Source: Camelus ferus | Lineage: Eukaryota | Direction: 5' to 3' | Assembly: GCF_009834535.1 (NCBI RefSeq) | Contig: NC_045707.1 | Location: 59,770,001-59,834,000, forward strand | Length of the DNA: 64,000 nt | Shown: one piece after another, positions 27,273 to 40,100 of the stretch | Position numbering within the stretch: the first letter of the stretch is position 1 | Layout: each line of letters opens with the position of its first letter | Notes under the pieces: model-generated | Database searches by the model: none | The model's input: only the letters and a program-made list of their open reading frames with translations | What the model was told of the DNA's origin: nothing | Translations under genes and position numbers: made by a program

Positions 27273-28302
27273 TTATTTCCTTTTGAGAAATGCAGTTAGA
27301 TTCCTTGAATTGCAAAAATTTTATAAAAACAAGTATTATAATATTTAACTTAAATTCTTATTTTAGAAAATATTGATGACCTCAAACTTTATACAGATTA
27401 GAAAGAAACTTGAAAAATGAGACTAAATTTTAAGAACTTGACAAATTCTAAAAGGTTCAAAGCTATAGTTATAGGTTTTGTACATTGTACTGTATAACTT
27501 GTAAATATATTATTCTTGTAAAGTATGATGATTTTCTTTTTGCCTCTAAATCTTGACTCAGCTCTGAAATTTGCACTGTAGCTATGAAGTAGTACCTATA
27601 AACGTACCTAAGGTACAATTTTATAAAGATCTCATGCTCTCATGAAGTAAATAAATGGCATACTACAACAGTGATTGAAGACTACTCTAAGTTTTTCATC
27701 ATTCAGCAAAATGGCACACTATGTAGAAAAAAATATACAAGAAGTAAAAAATGGCTGAGTCAGCAAAGGTTTACTACTCAGCCCATATGTGCCTACTTAG
27801 TTAATGAGACACTCCGTATATAGTAACAAAACACATGGAAAAGAAGACTACTTCGAAACTTACCAGTGGTTTAATATATCTAACACTAGTGTCCTCAGTA
27901 ATGGCAGAGTTCATTTCACTGATAACATCTCTATCATAGTAATTTAATAACCCTAATTCTTTGGGGTAAAAATTATTTTTTATCAGCCACAAGTTTGAAA
28001 ACGATATTTTAATAATCTATATACACACATATACACACAACTGTGTATTTATATATCCAAAAATATTTGTTGTTTTGGACATTTTTAAAAACATTGGGCT
28101 TTCATATTCGAAAAGCAATAAAAATAGACGTAAATATAATACAAAATGGACATATAACCAAAGTTTCAAAGTTTACTTTAATATGGAAATATGTACTTTT
28201 TTTTACTTAAGATTTGATTCCACTATATACCAACTATATTTTAATGCATGTTAGCTCACTGAAAAGGTCATTTTCAGTGGTATGATAAAGAAGAAACATT
28301 TT

Positions 28303-28493
28303 CAGCATGGGGATTAGTTAATAGTACGGTATTGCACATTTGAAAGCTGCTAAGAGTAAATCTTAAAAGTTCTCATCACAAAAAATTCAACTAGATTTAC
28401 TGTGGTGACCAGTTCACAATATATACACATATTGAACCATTAAGTTGTACATCTGAAATTAATACAATGTTATATGTCAATCATACCTCAAAA
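28303..28493 (+). mobile_element. L1MA-type 3' end fragment
   Basis: GCTAAGAGTAAATCTTAAAAGTTCTCATCAC...TTATATGTCAATCATACCTCAA resembles an L1MA 3' terminus. Confidence 0.8.
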
Positions 28494-28967
28494 AGTTATA
28501 ATTTATACAAACTTAATTGTCAAATCATACTTATGAAATATCCCCCTTTGTCCTATGAATTTAATATCACAATTGCTAGATTACCAAAAGAATTCTATTG
28601 ACAGACAGGATTACAACTAATGTCTTATAGTTCTTGCTGCTATAATTTCAAGGGGAAAGCCAAATCACTATCAAGTGTGACCTGCCATTTATCTATACTT
28701 AAATGGCACCTAATATTCTAATATTAATCTAAATTAAATTCTTGTGGATTAAACAAATTATGAAAAAATCATATTTTTAAGTAATGATAACTTGCAAATT
28801 TCTGAAAAACCTGTATATTACATATACATAAATATAAGTATATATATTTAACTCTTCATGGCAAGTAGAACATTTAATAACATTTATAGAAACTTACTTT
28901 CTGCAGTCTATTTAAAATGGTAAAGATTCCCAAATTGTAAGGGATATTTACAAAAGAATGTCTTTGC

Positions 28968-30644
28968 GAGCTTCGGGAGAAGATGGCGGAGTAGAAGGAC
29001 GCTTGCAGGTCACCCTCTCCCACAAATACACCAAGACCCACATCTACAGACCCACTCAGCCAACCAGAGCACCTGTGGAACTCCGACAGAACATCGCCCT
29101 CCTCAAATGATAAAGATGCCAAAAATCTGGTAGGAGAAAAGGAAAAAAGAAAGAACAAAAGGCAAAGCAGCACGGGACAGGTCCGGCGGGGAGGGAGTGG
29201 CAAAGGAGGACGGGCGCTCGCTGGCTGGGTCTCCCCTCTCCAACTGAGAGGCCAGCGGGACGGAGGGGGAGCCTCCGAGGCTCGGATCTATACAGAGCAG
29301 CCCTTGACTAACAGAACTAAGTTAAACCGGCACAGAGCGTCCCCCGGACACCCAGCCTGAGACCGCGGGCAGGCAGCGGCGGGCAGGGCCAGGCTGCACA
29401 AGCCGGGCGGAGGATGGAAGTGGCTGCACGGAGGCAGCCCCGGGGGAACGCAAGGGGCTGCGCGCCGTGGCTGTGGGTGCACAGGGCAGAACAACCTGGG
29501 CCCTCCATAAAACAGCAAGGTTGATGTGCTCTCGGGGGAAGGGTGCACACCCCCATCTCTGAAAACCCGCGGAAAGTTTTCGGGGGAAGAGAGGCGGGGC
29601 TCAGGCACAGCCGCCATATCCTCCTCGCTGAGCACTCAGGCGGGGGCGGGGGCGAAACCTGCATCCGCACCGAAGGACTTAGCAGCCTCAAAGGCCAGAC
29701 TGAGACTGGCCTGCAGCCCGGGGCAGATAGGATCCTTCCATCCTGGTCCCTCAGAGACTTGCTCCACAAAGACAAACAAGGAGCTGGGTTTTGGCTGGGA
29801 GCAGGGACAGGGCTGTCCCTCAGTCTTCCCCGAGCCCACCTGCGGAGCACCGACCAGGGCGGAGCGCGCAGCCGCACAGAGAGCGGAACTACCGGCGGTG
29901 CAGGTAGAGGGAGAGCGCCCCCCCCCCCACCCCGCCTTTCGGGCAGGAACACAGCCCCTGATCGAGGTGCTGGGAGGGAGCACGACCCGCCCTCCTCCTA
30001 CCTGGCCAGTCTGCAACATCCGACTGCGGCATCCGGAGGGGCAGCGACCCGCCCGCCCACAGCAGAGAGCTGCACCTGACCCAGTGTTAGGAGGAGGCGC
30101 GATCTGCTTGCCGACAGGTGCTGGGAGCAGCACAGAAGAGGGCGCCAACGGAGGGCCTCTGAAAACAGCAAGCTGAGCTTCCAAAACAGGACGAAGACAG
30201 AAAGACTTCACATTAAAAGCACACAGACTCCAGGAGAACACCGACAACCCCCCCCCCTTTTTTTAAATCTGTTTTTACCTGTTCTATTTTCTATTACTCT
30301 CTTAATCTTTACTTCTTAATTCATTTCTATTTCTCTTGGGTTTTGATGTCCTGCTATTGATTAGACACAGGTTTCAAATACATCTATTCATCTCCCCTCC
30401 CCCATTTTTTTGTAAAGGTTTTAAAAGGACGTCTCAACCCGATTAATACTCTGCTTCAACTCACTCTTCTATTATTCATTATACACTGTTTTCAAACCCT
30501 CTTTCTCCGTTCTTTTAAAATTCTTTCTCTTATTTTTTTTTCTTTTTTTCCTAAGTTCTATTCCTAAATAGCCATCAGATAGATAAAATCCTTAAGGACC
30601 AAAATAAACAACTGATACTCCATAAACCACAGTGCCAAAGAGGT
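28968..30644 (+). promoter_or_regulatory. L1 5' UTR internal promoter, CpG-island-like, with YY1 motif
   Basis: AAGATGGCGG (YY1-like) at 28980-28989. Dense CpGs at ~29170-30160. Pyrimidine-rich tract at ~30250-30560. Confidence 0.85.
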
Positions 30645-31549
30645 ATGAGCAAGATGAAGAAGCAGAAAAACCTTTCCCAATTAAAAGAACAAGAGAAATC
30701 CCCTGAAAGAAAGATCAACGAAATAGACATCGATAGCCTACTAGATCAAGATTTCAAAAAAGGAGTGATCGAATTGCTGAAGGAATTAAAAGAGATAGTG
30801 TTTAGAGATATAAAATATGTCAAAAATGAAATTGAAGCTATAAAGAAGAGCCAAGTAGAATGGGTAAACTCATTGACAGACATGAGGAATGATCTAATAG
30901 CTGTGCAAAGCCGACTAGATAATGCAGAGGAACGAATTAGTGATCTAGAAGACAAGGCAATAGAAAGCACCCATTCAGAAGAACTACAAGAGAAGCAAAT
31001 AAAAAATAATGAAAATAGCATAAGGGACCTATGGGATCATATAAAGCGTCCCAATCTTCGCATAATAGGGGTCCCAGAAGGAGAAGAAAGATCAAAGGGG
31101 ATTGAAAAGGCTTTTGAAGAAATCATGACTGAAAACTTCCCAAACTTAAAGAAGGAATCAGATATCCAAGTACAGGAAGCTCAGAGGGTCCCAAACAGGA
31201 AGAACCCAAATAGACCCACACCAAGACATATCATAATCAAGATGGCCAGAGTCAAGGATAAAGAAATGATTCTAAAGGCAGCAAGAGAAAAGCAAAGAGT
31301 AAGTTACAAGGGAACCCCCCCATAAGGCTCTCAGCTGATTTCTCTACACAAACACTACAGGCCAGAAGGGAGTGGCAAGATATATTCAAAGCCCTGAATG
31401 AAAAAAAGATGCAGCCTAGGATCCTTTATCCAGCAAGGCTATCCTTGAGGATAGAAGGAGAAATAAAGAGTTTCACAGACAAAAAAAAGCTGCAGGAGTT
31501 TAGCAACACTAAACCCATGCTAAAAGAAATATTGAAAGGGCTATTCTAA
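30645..31549 (+). pseudogene. L1 ORF1p (coiled-coil/RRM/CTD), frameshifted
   Basis: ORF 30645-31325 contains KRPNLRIIGVPEGEE and PTPRHIIIKM. A C7 run at 31315-31321 has 2 extra C. Translation resumes at 31322 as IRLSADFS...ARREW...YPARLS...KGLF*. Repaired length is 300 aa. Confidence 0.95.
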
Positions 31550-31953
31550 ATAGAAAAGCAGCAGGATGCTACAGAAATGAGAAACACACAACTGGAAAGG
31601 TGATAACTCATGAATTACAAATAAAGTAAACATGAAATTATAAAAGAAGACATACAAATCACTGAGAGTGGGAGAGGGAGGCAGGGAAATATAGAATATT
31701 TTTTTCTTTCTTTTTTAAATTTTTTTAACAGTAGGATGGGTTTGAGATCATGTTACTATCAGTTTAATAAAAACAGTTATAGTAATGGGTTGATAGATTT
31801 ACAAAAAAGGGTAACCACAAGCCAGAAATTTACAAAGGAGTCACAAAAATTAAATAAAATCCATGATAATACAAAGGAAAATTACCAAACCACAAAAGGA
31901 AGAAGAAAGGAACAAAGAGGATATACCAATTTAACTGCAAAGATAAGTTCAAA

Positions 31954-34900
31954 ATGGCAATAAACACACATCTATCATTAATTACTGTAAATGTTAAAGG
32001 ACTAAATGCTCCAGTCAAAAGACACAGAGTGGCAGACTGGATAATAAAGCAAGAGCCTTCAATATGCTGCATACAAGAGACCCACTTTAGGGAGAAGGAC
32101 ACATATAGATTGAGAGTGAAAGGATGGAAAAGGATATTCCATGCAAATGGAAAAGCCAAAAAAGCAGGTGTTGCAGTACTGATTTCAGACAAAATAGACT
32201 TTAAAACAAAGGCCATAAAGAAAGATAAAGAAGGACATTTTATAATGATTAAAGGAGTGATACAAGATGAGGATATTACACTCGTTAATATATATGCACC
32301 CAATATAGGAGCACCTAAGTACATACAAGAATTACTAACAGAGATAAAGGGGGATATTGATGGGAATACAATCATAGTTGGAGATTTTAACACTGCATTA
32401 ACATCACTAGACAGATCTTCCAGACAGAAAATAAACAAGGCAACAGAGAAATTAAATACTACAATAGAAAAACTAGATTTGGTGGATATTTTCAGAGCAT
32501 TACACCCCCCAAAAATAGGATATACATTCTTTTCAAGTGCACATGGAACATTTTCCAGGATCGATCATGTACTTGGGCACAAAAGAAACCTCAACAATTT
32601 TAAGAAGATAGAAATTATCTCAAGCATCTTTACTGACCACAATGCCTTGAAACTGGAAATCAACAACAGAGAAACAAAGGAGAAAAAAAGGAAAGCATGG
32701 AGATTAAACAGTATGTTATTGAAAACACAATGGATCAATGAGGAAATCAAAGCTGAAATTAAAAAATACCTTGAGACAAATGATAATGAAAGCACAACCA
32801 CTCAAAACCTATGGGACACAGCAAAGGCAGTGCTAAGAGGGAAGTTTATAGCGATACAGGCCTTCCTCAAAAAAGAAGAACAATCTCAAAGAAACAATTT
32901 AACCCACCACCTGAATGAATTAGAAAAAGAAGAACAAAAAAGCCCCAAAAAGCAGCAGAAGGAAGGGAATAATAAAGATCAGAGAGGAATTAAATACAAT
33001 AGAGATTAACAAGACCATAGAAAAAATCAACCAAACCAAAAGCTGGTTTTTTGAAAAAGTAAATAAAATCGACAAACCTCTGGCCAAACTCACAAAGAAG
33101 AAAAAAGAGAGAGCACAAATTAGCAAAATAAGAAAGGAAAATGGAGAAATTACAACAAACAAAATAGAAATACAGAATATCATACGAGAATATTATGAAA
33201 AACAATACGGAACCAAACTGGATAACCTAGAGGAGATGGACAAATTTCTGGAAACATACTGTCCACCAAAACTGAATCAAGAAGAATCTGAACGCTTGAA
33301 CAATCCGATCACTAGAAAGGAAATAGAAATAGCAATTAAAAACCTCCCTACAAATAAAAGTCCAGGACCGGAAGGCTTCACCGGGGAATTCTACCAAACA
33401 TACAAAGAAGAACTCATACCAGTCCTTCTCAAACTCTTCCAGACGATTGAAAAGGAGGGAATACTCCCAAACTCATTCTATGAAGCCACCATCACCCTGA
33501 TACCAAAACCAGGCAAAGACACTACAAAAAAAGAGAATTATAGGCCAATATCACTGATGAACATAGACGCCAAAATCCTCACCAAAATTTTAGCAAATAG
33601 AATCCAACAACACATGAAAAAGATTATACATCATGACCAAGTGGGGTTCATCCCAGGGACACAAGGCTGGTTCAACATACGCAAATAAATCAGTGTAATA
33701 CATCACATCAACAAGAGAAAGGACAAAAACCACATGATCACCTCAATCGATGCAGAAAAAGCATTTGATAAAATTCAACACCCATTTATGATAAAAACTC
33801 TCACCAAAGTGGGTATAGAGGGAACATATCTCAACATAATAAAAGCTATATATGACAAACCTACAGCCAGCATAGTACTCGACGGTGAAAAACTCAAAAG
33901 CTTCCCACTAAAATCTGGGACAAGACAAGGATGCCCACTATCACCACTCCTATTCAACATAGTCCTGGAAGTCCTAGCCACAGCAGTCAGGCAAGAGAAA
34001 GAAATAAAAGGGATCCAAATTGGAAAAGAAGAGGTAAAAGTGTCACTATATGCAGATGACATGTTACTATATATAGAAAACCCTAAAAGGTCCACACAAA
34101 AGCTACTAGAGCTGAGTGAAGAATTCAGCAAGGTAGCAGGTTACAAAATTAACGTTCAAAAATCAGTTGCATTTCTTTACACTAATGATAAATCAACAGA
34201 AGAAGAAAGTAAAGAAACAATCCCCTTTAAAATAGCACCCAAAGTAATAAAATATCTGGGAATAAATCTAACCAAGGAGGTGAAAGAATTATACACAGAA
34301 AACTATAAACCATTGATGAAGGAAATTAAAGAAGACTTTAAAAAATGGAAAGATATTCCATGCTCTTGGATTGGAAGAATCAATATTGTTAAAATGGTCA
34401 CACTGCCCAAGGCAATCTACAGATTTAATGCAATCCCTATCCAATTACCCAGGACATATTTCACAGAACTAGAAAAAAATCATAATAAAATTCATATGGA
34501 ACCATCAAAGACCTAGAATTGCCAAAGCGTTACTGAAGAGAAAGAAAGAGGCTGGAGGAATAACTCTCCCAGACTTCAGACAATACTATAGAGCTACAGT
34601 CATCAAGACAACATGGTATTGGTACCAAAACAGACATATAGACCAATGGAACAGAATAGAGAGCCCAGAAATGAACCCACAAACTTTTGGTCAACTCATC
34701 TTTGACAAAGGAGGCAAGAATATACATTGGAATAAAGACAGTCTCTTCAGCAAATGGTGTTGGGAAAACTGGACAGCAGCATGTAAAACAGTGAAGCTAG
34801 AACACTCCTTTACACCATATACAAAAATCAACTCAAAATGGATTAAAGACTTAAACATAAGACAAGATACAATAAACCTCCTAGAGGAAAACATAGGCAA

Positions 34901-35753
34901 AACATTATCTGAGATACGTTTAAAAAATTTTCTCCTAGAAGAAATAAAAGCAAGAATAAACAAATGGGACCTAATGAAACTTACAAGCTTCTGCACAGCA
35001 AAGGAAACCAGAAATAAAACAGAAGAAAACCTACGGAATGGGAGAAAATTTTTGCAAGTGAAACCGACAAAGGCTTGATCTCCAGAATATATAAGCAGCT
35101 CATACGACTCAATAAGAAAAAAATAAACAACCCAATCCAAAAATGGGCAGAAGACCTAAACAAGCAATTCTCCAAGGAAGACATACAAATGATCAAAAAG
35201 CACATGAAAAAATGCTCAATATCACTAATTATCAGAGAAATGCAAATCAAAACTACAATGAGGTTATCACCTCACACCAGTCAGAATGGCCGTCATTCAA
35301 AAATGCACAAATGACAAATGCTGGAGAGGCTGTGGAGAAAGGGGAACCCTCCTACACTGCTGGTGGGAATGCAGTTTGGTGCAGCCACTATGGAAAACAG
35401 TGTGGAGATTCCTCAAAAGACTAGGAATAGACTTACCATATGACCCAGGAATCCCACTCCTGGGCTTGTATCCAGAAGGAAATCTACTTCAGGATGACAC
35501 CTGCACCCCAATGTTCATAGCAGCACTATTTCCCATAGCCAAAACATGGAAACAGCCTAAATGTCCATCAACAGGTGACTGGATAAAGAAGATGTGGTAT
35601 ATTTATACAATGGAATACTACTCAGCCATAAAAACCGACAACATAATGCCATTTGAAGCAACATGGATGCTCCTGGAGAATGTCATTCTAAGTGAAGTAA
35701 GCCAGAAAGAGAAAGAAAAATACTATATGAGGTCGCTCATATGTGGAATCTAA
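31954..35753 (+). pseudogene. L1 ORF2p (APE endonuclease, reverse transcriptase, Cys-rich C-terminus), disrupted
   Basis: EN motifs QET, GDFN, SRID, TDH. RT motifs QGCPLSP and YADD. C-terminal [18 protein letters not shown]. Frameshifts at ~32950, ~34475, ~35020 and ~35265, and a TAA at 33686-33688. Repaired length is about 1265 aa. Confidence 0.96.
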
Positions 35754-36959
35754 AAAACAAAACAAACAAACAAACAAACAAACAAAAACAAAGCGTAAAT
35801 AAAGGACAGAAATAGACTCACAGACAGAGAATACAGACTTGTGGTTACCAGGGGGGTGGAGGGTGGGAAGGGATAGACCGGGATTTCAAAATTGTAGAAT
35901 AGACTACACTGTATAGCACAGGGAAATATACACAAAATGTTATGATAACTCACAGAGAAAAAAATGTGACAATGAGTGTGTATATGTCCATGAATAACTG
36001 AAAAATTGTGCTAAACACTGGAATTTGACACAACATTGTAAAATGATTATAAATCAATAAAAAATGTTTAAAAAAAAAAAAAGAATGTCTTTGCAAATTT
36101 CCTTCCAGATGGCACATAATGAGATTTTAAAGCAAAATTTTTAAATCCAAAATAAAAAATTGAATTCATAGATGTTTAAAAGATTTATTATAAACAAAAC
36201 TATAGATAAATGCTATTGAATCTAATATATTTAAAATTTTTAATGCCTAATGGGCCGACATCTTTTACTAGGTCCTATTACAGAAGTCCCTAAAGAAACC
36301 GATGTTCTAAGGTGGCGGTCTCATTGAAATACAGATGTGAATAAGAAGGAGAAATAAAATAAGAATGGAATCTCCTGACAGGTGGGGCAAGGCCTTCAAT
36401 TCTAAAAAGATCTGACAGGCTGTATGACACAAAGCTGAATAAGGTAAAGAAGATCAGGAACTAGGTCTATTCATCAGAGATTGTGCACAAGGCTCATTAC
36501 AGTTAAGCAAGTAGCTACCAAATTGGAAAACAAACAAACAAAGAAACCAAAAGCAAAATAATAGCCTCAACTGCTGAATTTCCTAGGGTAAATCTGAGTA
36601 GAGGGTTGAGTTGCATTGGATTTTCTTTTCTACTCATTCATGCGGTATTATTTTTGATACTTCTTCATTGCTTCATTTCTCAAACTTCTGAGTTATAGAG
36701 ATTTAACATCTCTGTGCCTTATATCCTCAATCTCTCAGCAAGATTTTGAGAAGCAGTCTGGAACATCAATTTCTTTGGAATTTCTCCAAAAGCCAGTCAC
36801 AAGCCATGCATGATACATATAATAAACTATATTCCCAAAAGAAAACTGAGAAAATATATCTTTCTTATCTCCATAAAATTGTAGGATTTTTTTTAACCAT
36901 GCAGAAAAAGATGAAGTATTTCCTCAGTGTAAAAAATGTTACATTATAAAAATACATAA

Positions 36960-37160
36960 TAATAATAGTAATAATAATAGCAAGTACTGTTTATTGGGCA
37001 TTTAATTTTGCTGGGAAATATTATCATCCCCATTATAGAAATGATGAAAATGAATCCAAATGATTAATTTCTTAGCCCACAACATCCACTGAACTGGTAA
37101 ATATTAGAGCTACAATTCAGATCCAGATCTTCTGACTGTAAAGCCTATGCCCTTAGCCAC
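36960..37160 (-). mobile_element. MIR SINE
   Basis: TTATCATCCCCATTATAGAAATGATGAAAATGAA...ATTCAGATCCAGATCTTCTGACT. Confidence 0.7.
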
Positions 37161-40100
37161 CACAAGATATTATATACATTTGTTTTATTTCCATTTCTGG
37201 CTTAGACATTTCCATGATTAATCTTAGATTGGAGAGAGATAAAAAGTAAGGATGCAATGGGGGAAATAAAGTCATCAAAAGGTCATGCAGAAAAGATCTA
37301 AGGAAGATCATAAAAGGAAACTTTAAAACATGATAAAGAGTATAAAACAGAGTAAGCAGGGGCGTTTCCACTCAGCATTTCATGATCTTCATATATTCTA
37401 CATATGTTATTCAACACCATTTCTACTCCTGGGTTCACTGACTTAATGTATACTAAATGTATACTTAAGAATGGATATATTATTAATACCACACTTTGGG
37501 AAATATTTCACAATGCAAAAACCGTTCACTCTGTTAAATTAAAACAGTATCTAAAACTGAATACACATTGTAAACCAAAGTTTAAAAGTGTATCCCTAAA
37601 GGAATAGATAGATACAGGTATACAGCACAGATCATTTCTGAACACATCATCTTGTTGTCAGGGAAGATACATTATTTTTATAATTGGATAGAAAAACAAA
37701 TGCTTAAAAAATCAGAAACCAATGCATACACACATCAGCCTTGCTCTTTAACACAGTTGCTTGTTGTTTTCTTTCAGCTAAACGCATGTGGGAGCATACA
37801 GAACACAGGATGGTGCTTAAGTCAACTGTAATTAACTGAAAAGGCCGTTTCTTGGTCTTAGTGCTGCCTCAGTGGAGGAGCACTGGTCCTCACCTAGCTC
37901 CCATGGTGACCTGACACCAGAGGGTGGTAGGACAGACATCTGAAACTAAAGGAACCCGGGGCCACAGCCACAAGTGGCCATGAGCTCTGGAAAAACCATC
38001 ACAGAAACAGTCACACAGGACTGGGTCATATGCACACTTTGTTAAAAAAATATAAAAACAAAAACAAACAAACAAAACGAGCTATTACCTCTGGAACATG
38101 ATTTATGAAATTTAACCATATGTAATTGTGTTAAGTGATTTCTATCACCTTGCTTGCCTGTTTATCAATACGACTATTTGCAGTATGAGTTTGTTTTATT
38201 TCTATGCAAACTCTAATCCACAGAATTCTGAGGCAATGGATACTATCCTGGACAGATGTGAATGTTCAGCATTTTATATGTGTTAAAATAAGCCCCATTC
38301 GAAATGTCTGTAGTTGGAGACTTACTACAACCATCAGTTAAGAATCCAATAGGCAAAACTAAAGTTGTAAAGCACCTTTGGGTCACTGTAAACATATTAT
38401 GGCTGGGATGTCAGATTAATATTTATCTTATTAAAATCTCAATTCTTATTAGAAGTGGCCTTTCATTGGGAACCCTTTTTTGGACCCCACCATTTGTTGG
38501 CCTTGAAATTATCAAACTGTCACCTTCCTGTTTCCAAAGCTTTGATGTAAAGATAGAGTTTTCAATAAATTTCATTTTAGGGGGAGCTTGTGTACATTTA
38601 AACTGGGCTTTCTGGAAACAATGAGCATTCTTACAAGCAGAATAAATTCACAAGGGGAAAACATTGTATCATAAACATAGACTGATATCCTTCTACTTAA
38701 ACTGCGGTATCTTTCATTGGTCCAGTATTATTTTTCTCTTGAATTCACCTTAGTCTCTGTTGCTTATTTGCACACAAAAAAATGTATCTCTAATCTCCCT
38801 GAAAAGGAGACTGTGGCTTAAGGGGTGTACCGAAGTTAGACGTGAAAAAATGCAATAATAGAAAATGATACAAGACAGCTAAAACCAATGTTTTCTTTTA
38901 ACATGCTCAAGTTACAGGTGATTTAAAGGACCCGGGGGTTGAAGGATAGATGCAGACAGCTTTAGTTCAAAAGAACTAAAAGCGTTTTAATGGAGTTGTG
39001 GGTTTTGAAAAATAAAAAAAAAGACACAGAGAGAGAAGGCAGAATGAGTTCATTGGAAATAGCTCTAAAAAGAGCCCACCATGAGAAGGATAAAGCCAAA
39101 TACAGGAGGCAATGAATAAAAAAACAGGAAGATCAAGCTGAAGGGGAGAGAACCTCGGCTCTATTTGTTGGCGTAAGGGCTGAGTAGCAGTAAACTAATC
39201 AGAAAATTTCCTGAGAGCTGATTTAGTGGCCACTTAGTGGCTACTGGGATAGCAGCTTTTATCGCAAGCCCCAAGAGGATACCTGAGACTGGAAATGAAG
39301 GCATGTCTGCCCAAAACCTAGAGCTGGAAAAAGAGCTTAGTTCAGGACTACTGTTCAAGATGAGAGCCTAGAACTAATAAAAAGGGAATGACAGTAGCAT
39401 CCCCAAGCAGGCTGTTAAACGTTGCATTCCTGCCTCTGAGTGTAGCCAAGTAACTACATCTGATTTACTGCAAGCAAATACAGCTTTTACTCTGCAATTT
39501 CCTCCTTTTGTGAGAAGACATGTTCGGGGACTTAAAGGACAGCACTGGACCCCTGGGAGGGAAGAACAGAAGCAACAGACAGGCATCTCGGGCTTGGAAG
39601 GACAGCGTTTTGGAAGGAAGCTGTGTTTTGGCTCCCAGGGGATGATGATAAAAAATTATCATTCTATTCACAGCAATGAGGATTCCTGCTACAAGCTTCC
39701 AGTCTGTGGACACCTCCCTTCCTCAGAGATCCCCTGTCCCACCGACACCCTGGCTAACCTCCTTCTGGCAGCTGAAGAAATAAGATGGAGAAGACACCAG
39801 GAATGCCTGCCCTTCAGCTACACTTAACATGACACTCCATGCCACAGCCAGAAAAAGATCAGGTCCTATTGGTAATTTCCTCCGGTTTGTAAGCTATAAT
39901 TTGAAGATCAGTTCCAAGTTCTTGCCCCTTCTCTCAGATTTTAAAAGAAAAGAGATGAGGAAACAAAATTAGCACAATATTCTTCTAGCTTTCACTGATC
40001 CCTCTATAGAACAGAAAAGAAAATCACAACACTGGTAACAAAGAAAGACTGGGAATTTCCCATGAAACTAATGATTCACAGGCAGCAAAAGGCAGGGCAG

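Larger units (their letters stand above)
28968..36078 (+). mobile_element. Full-length LINE-1 retrotransposon, young but inactivated
   Basis: Identical 16-bp TSD AAAAGAATGTCTTTGC at 28952-28967 and 36079-36094. GC/CpG-rich 5' UTR, ORF1, ORF2, 3' UTR, AATAAA at 36056-36061, then an A-tail. Confidence 0.98.

Noticed and set aside
30746..35250. Several minus-strand ORFs up to 202 aa overlapping L1 ORF1/ORF2
   Set aside because: Antisense shadows of A-rich L1 coding sequence (F/L/S/I-rich), commonly seen and not genes.
36100..36118. CTCF-like TTCCAGATGGCAC just beyond the L1 3' TSD
   Set aside because: Mismatches at the key 5' CCA positions, so too weak to call.
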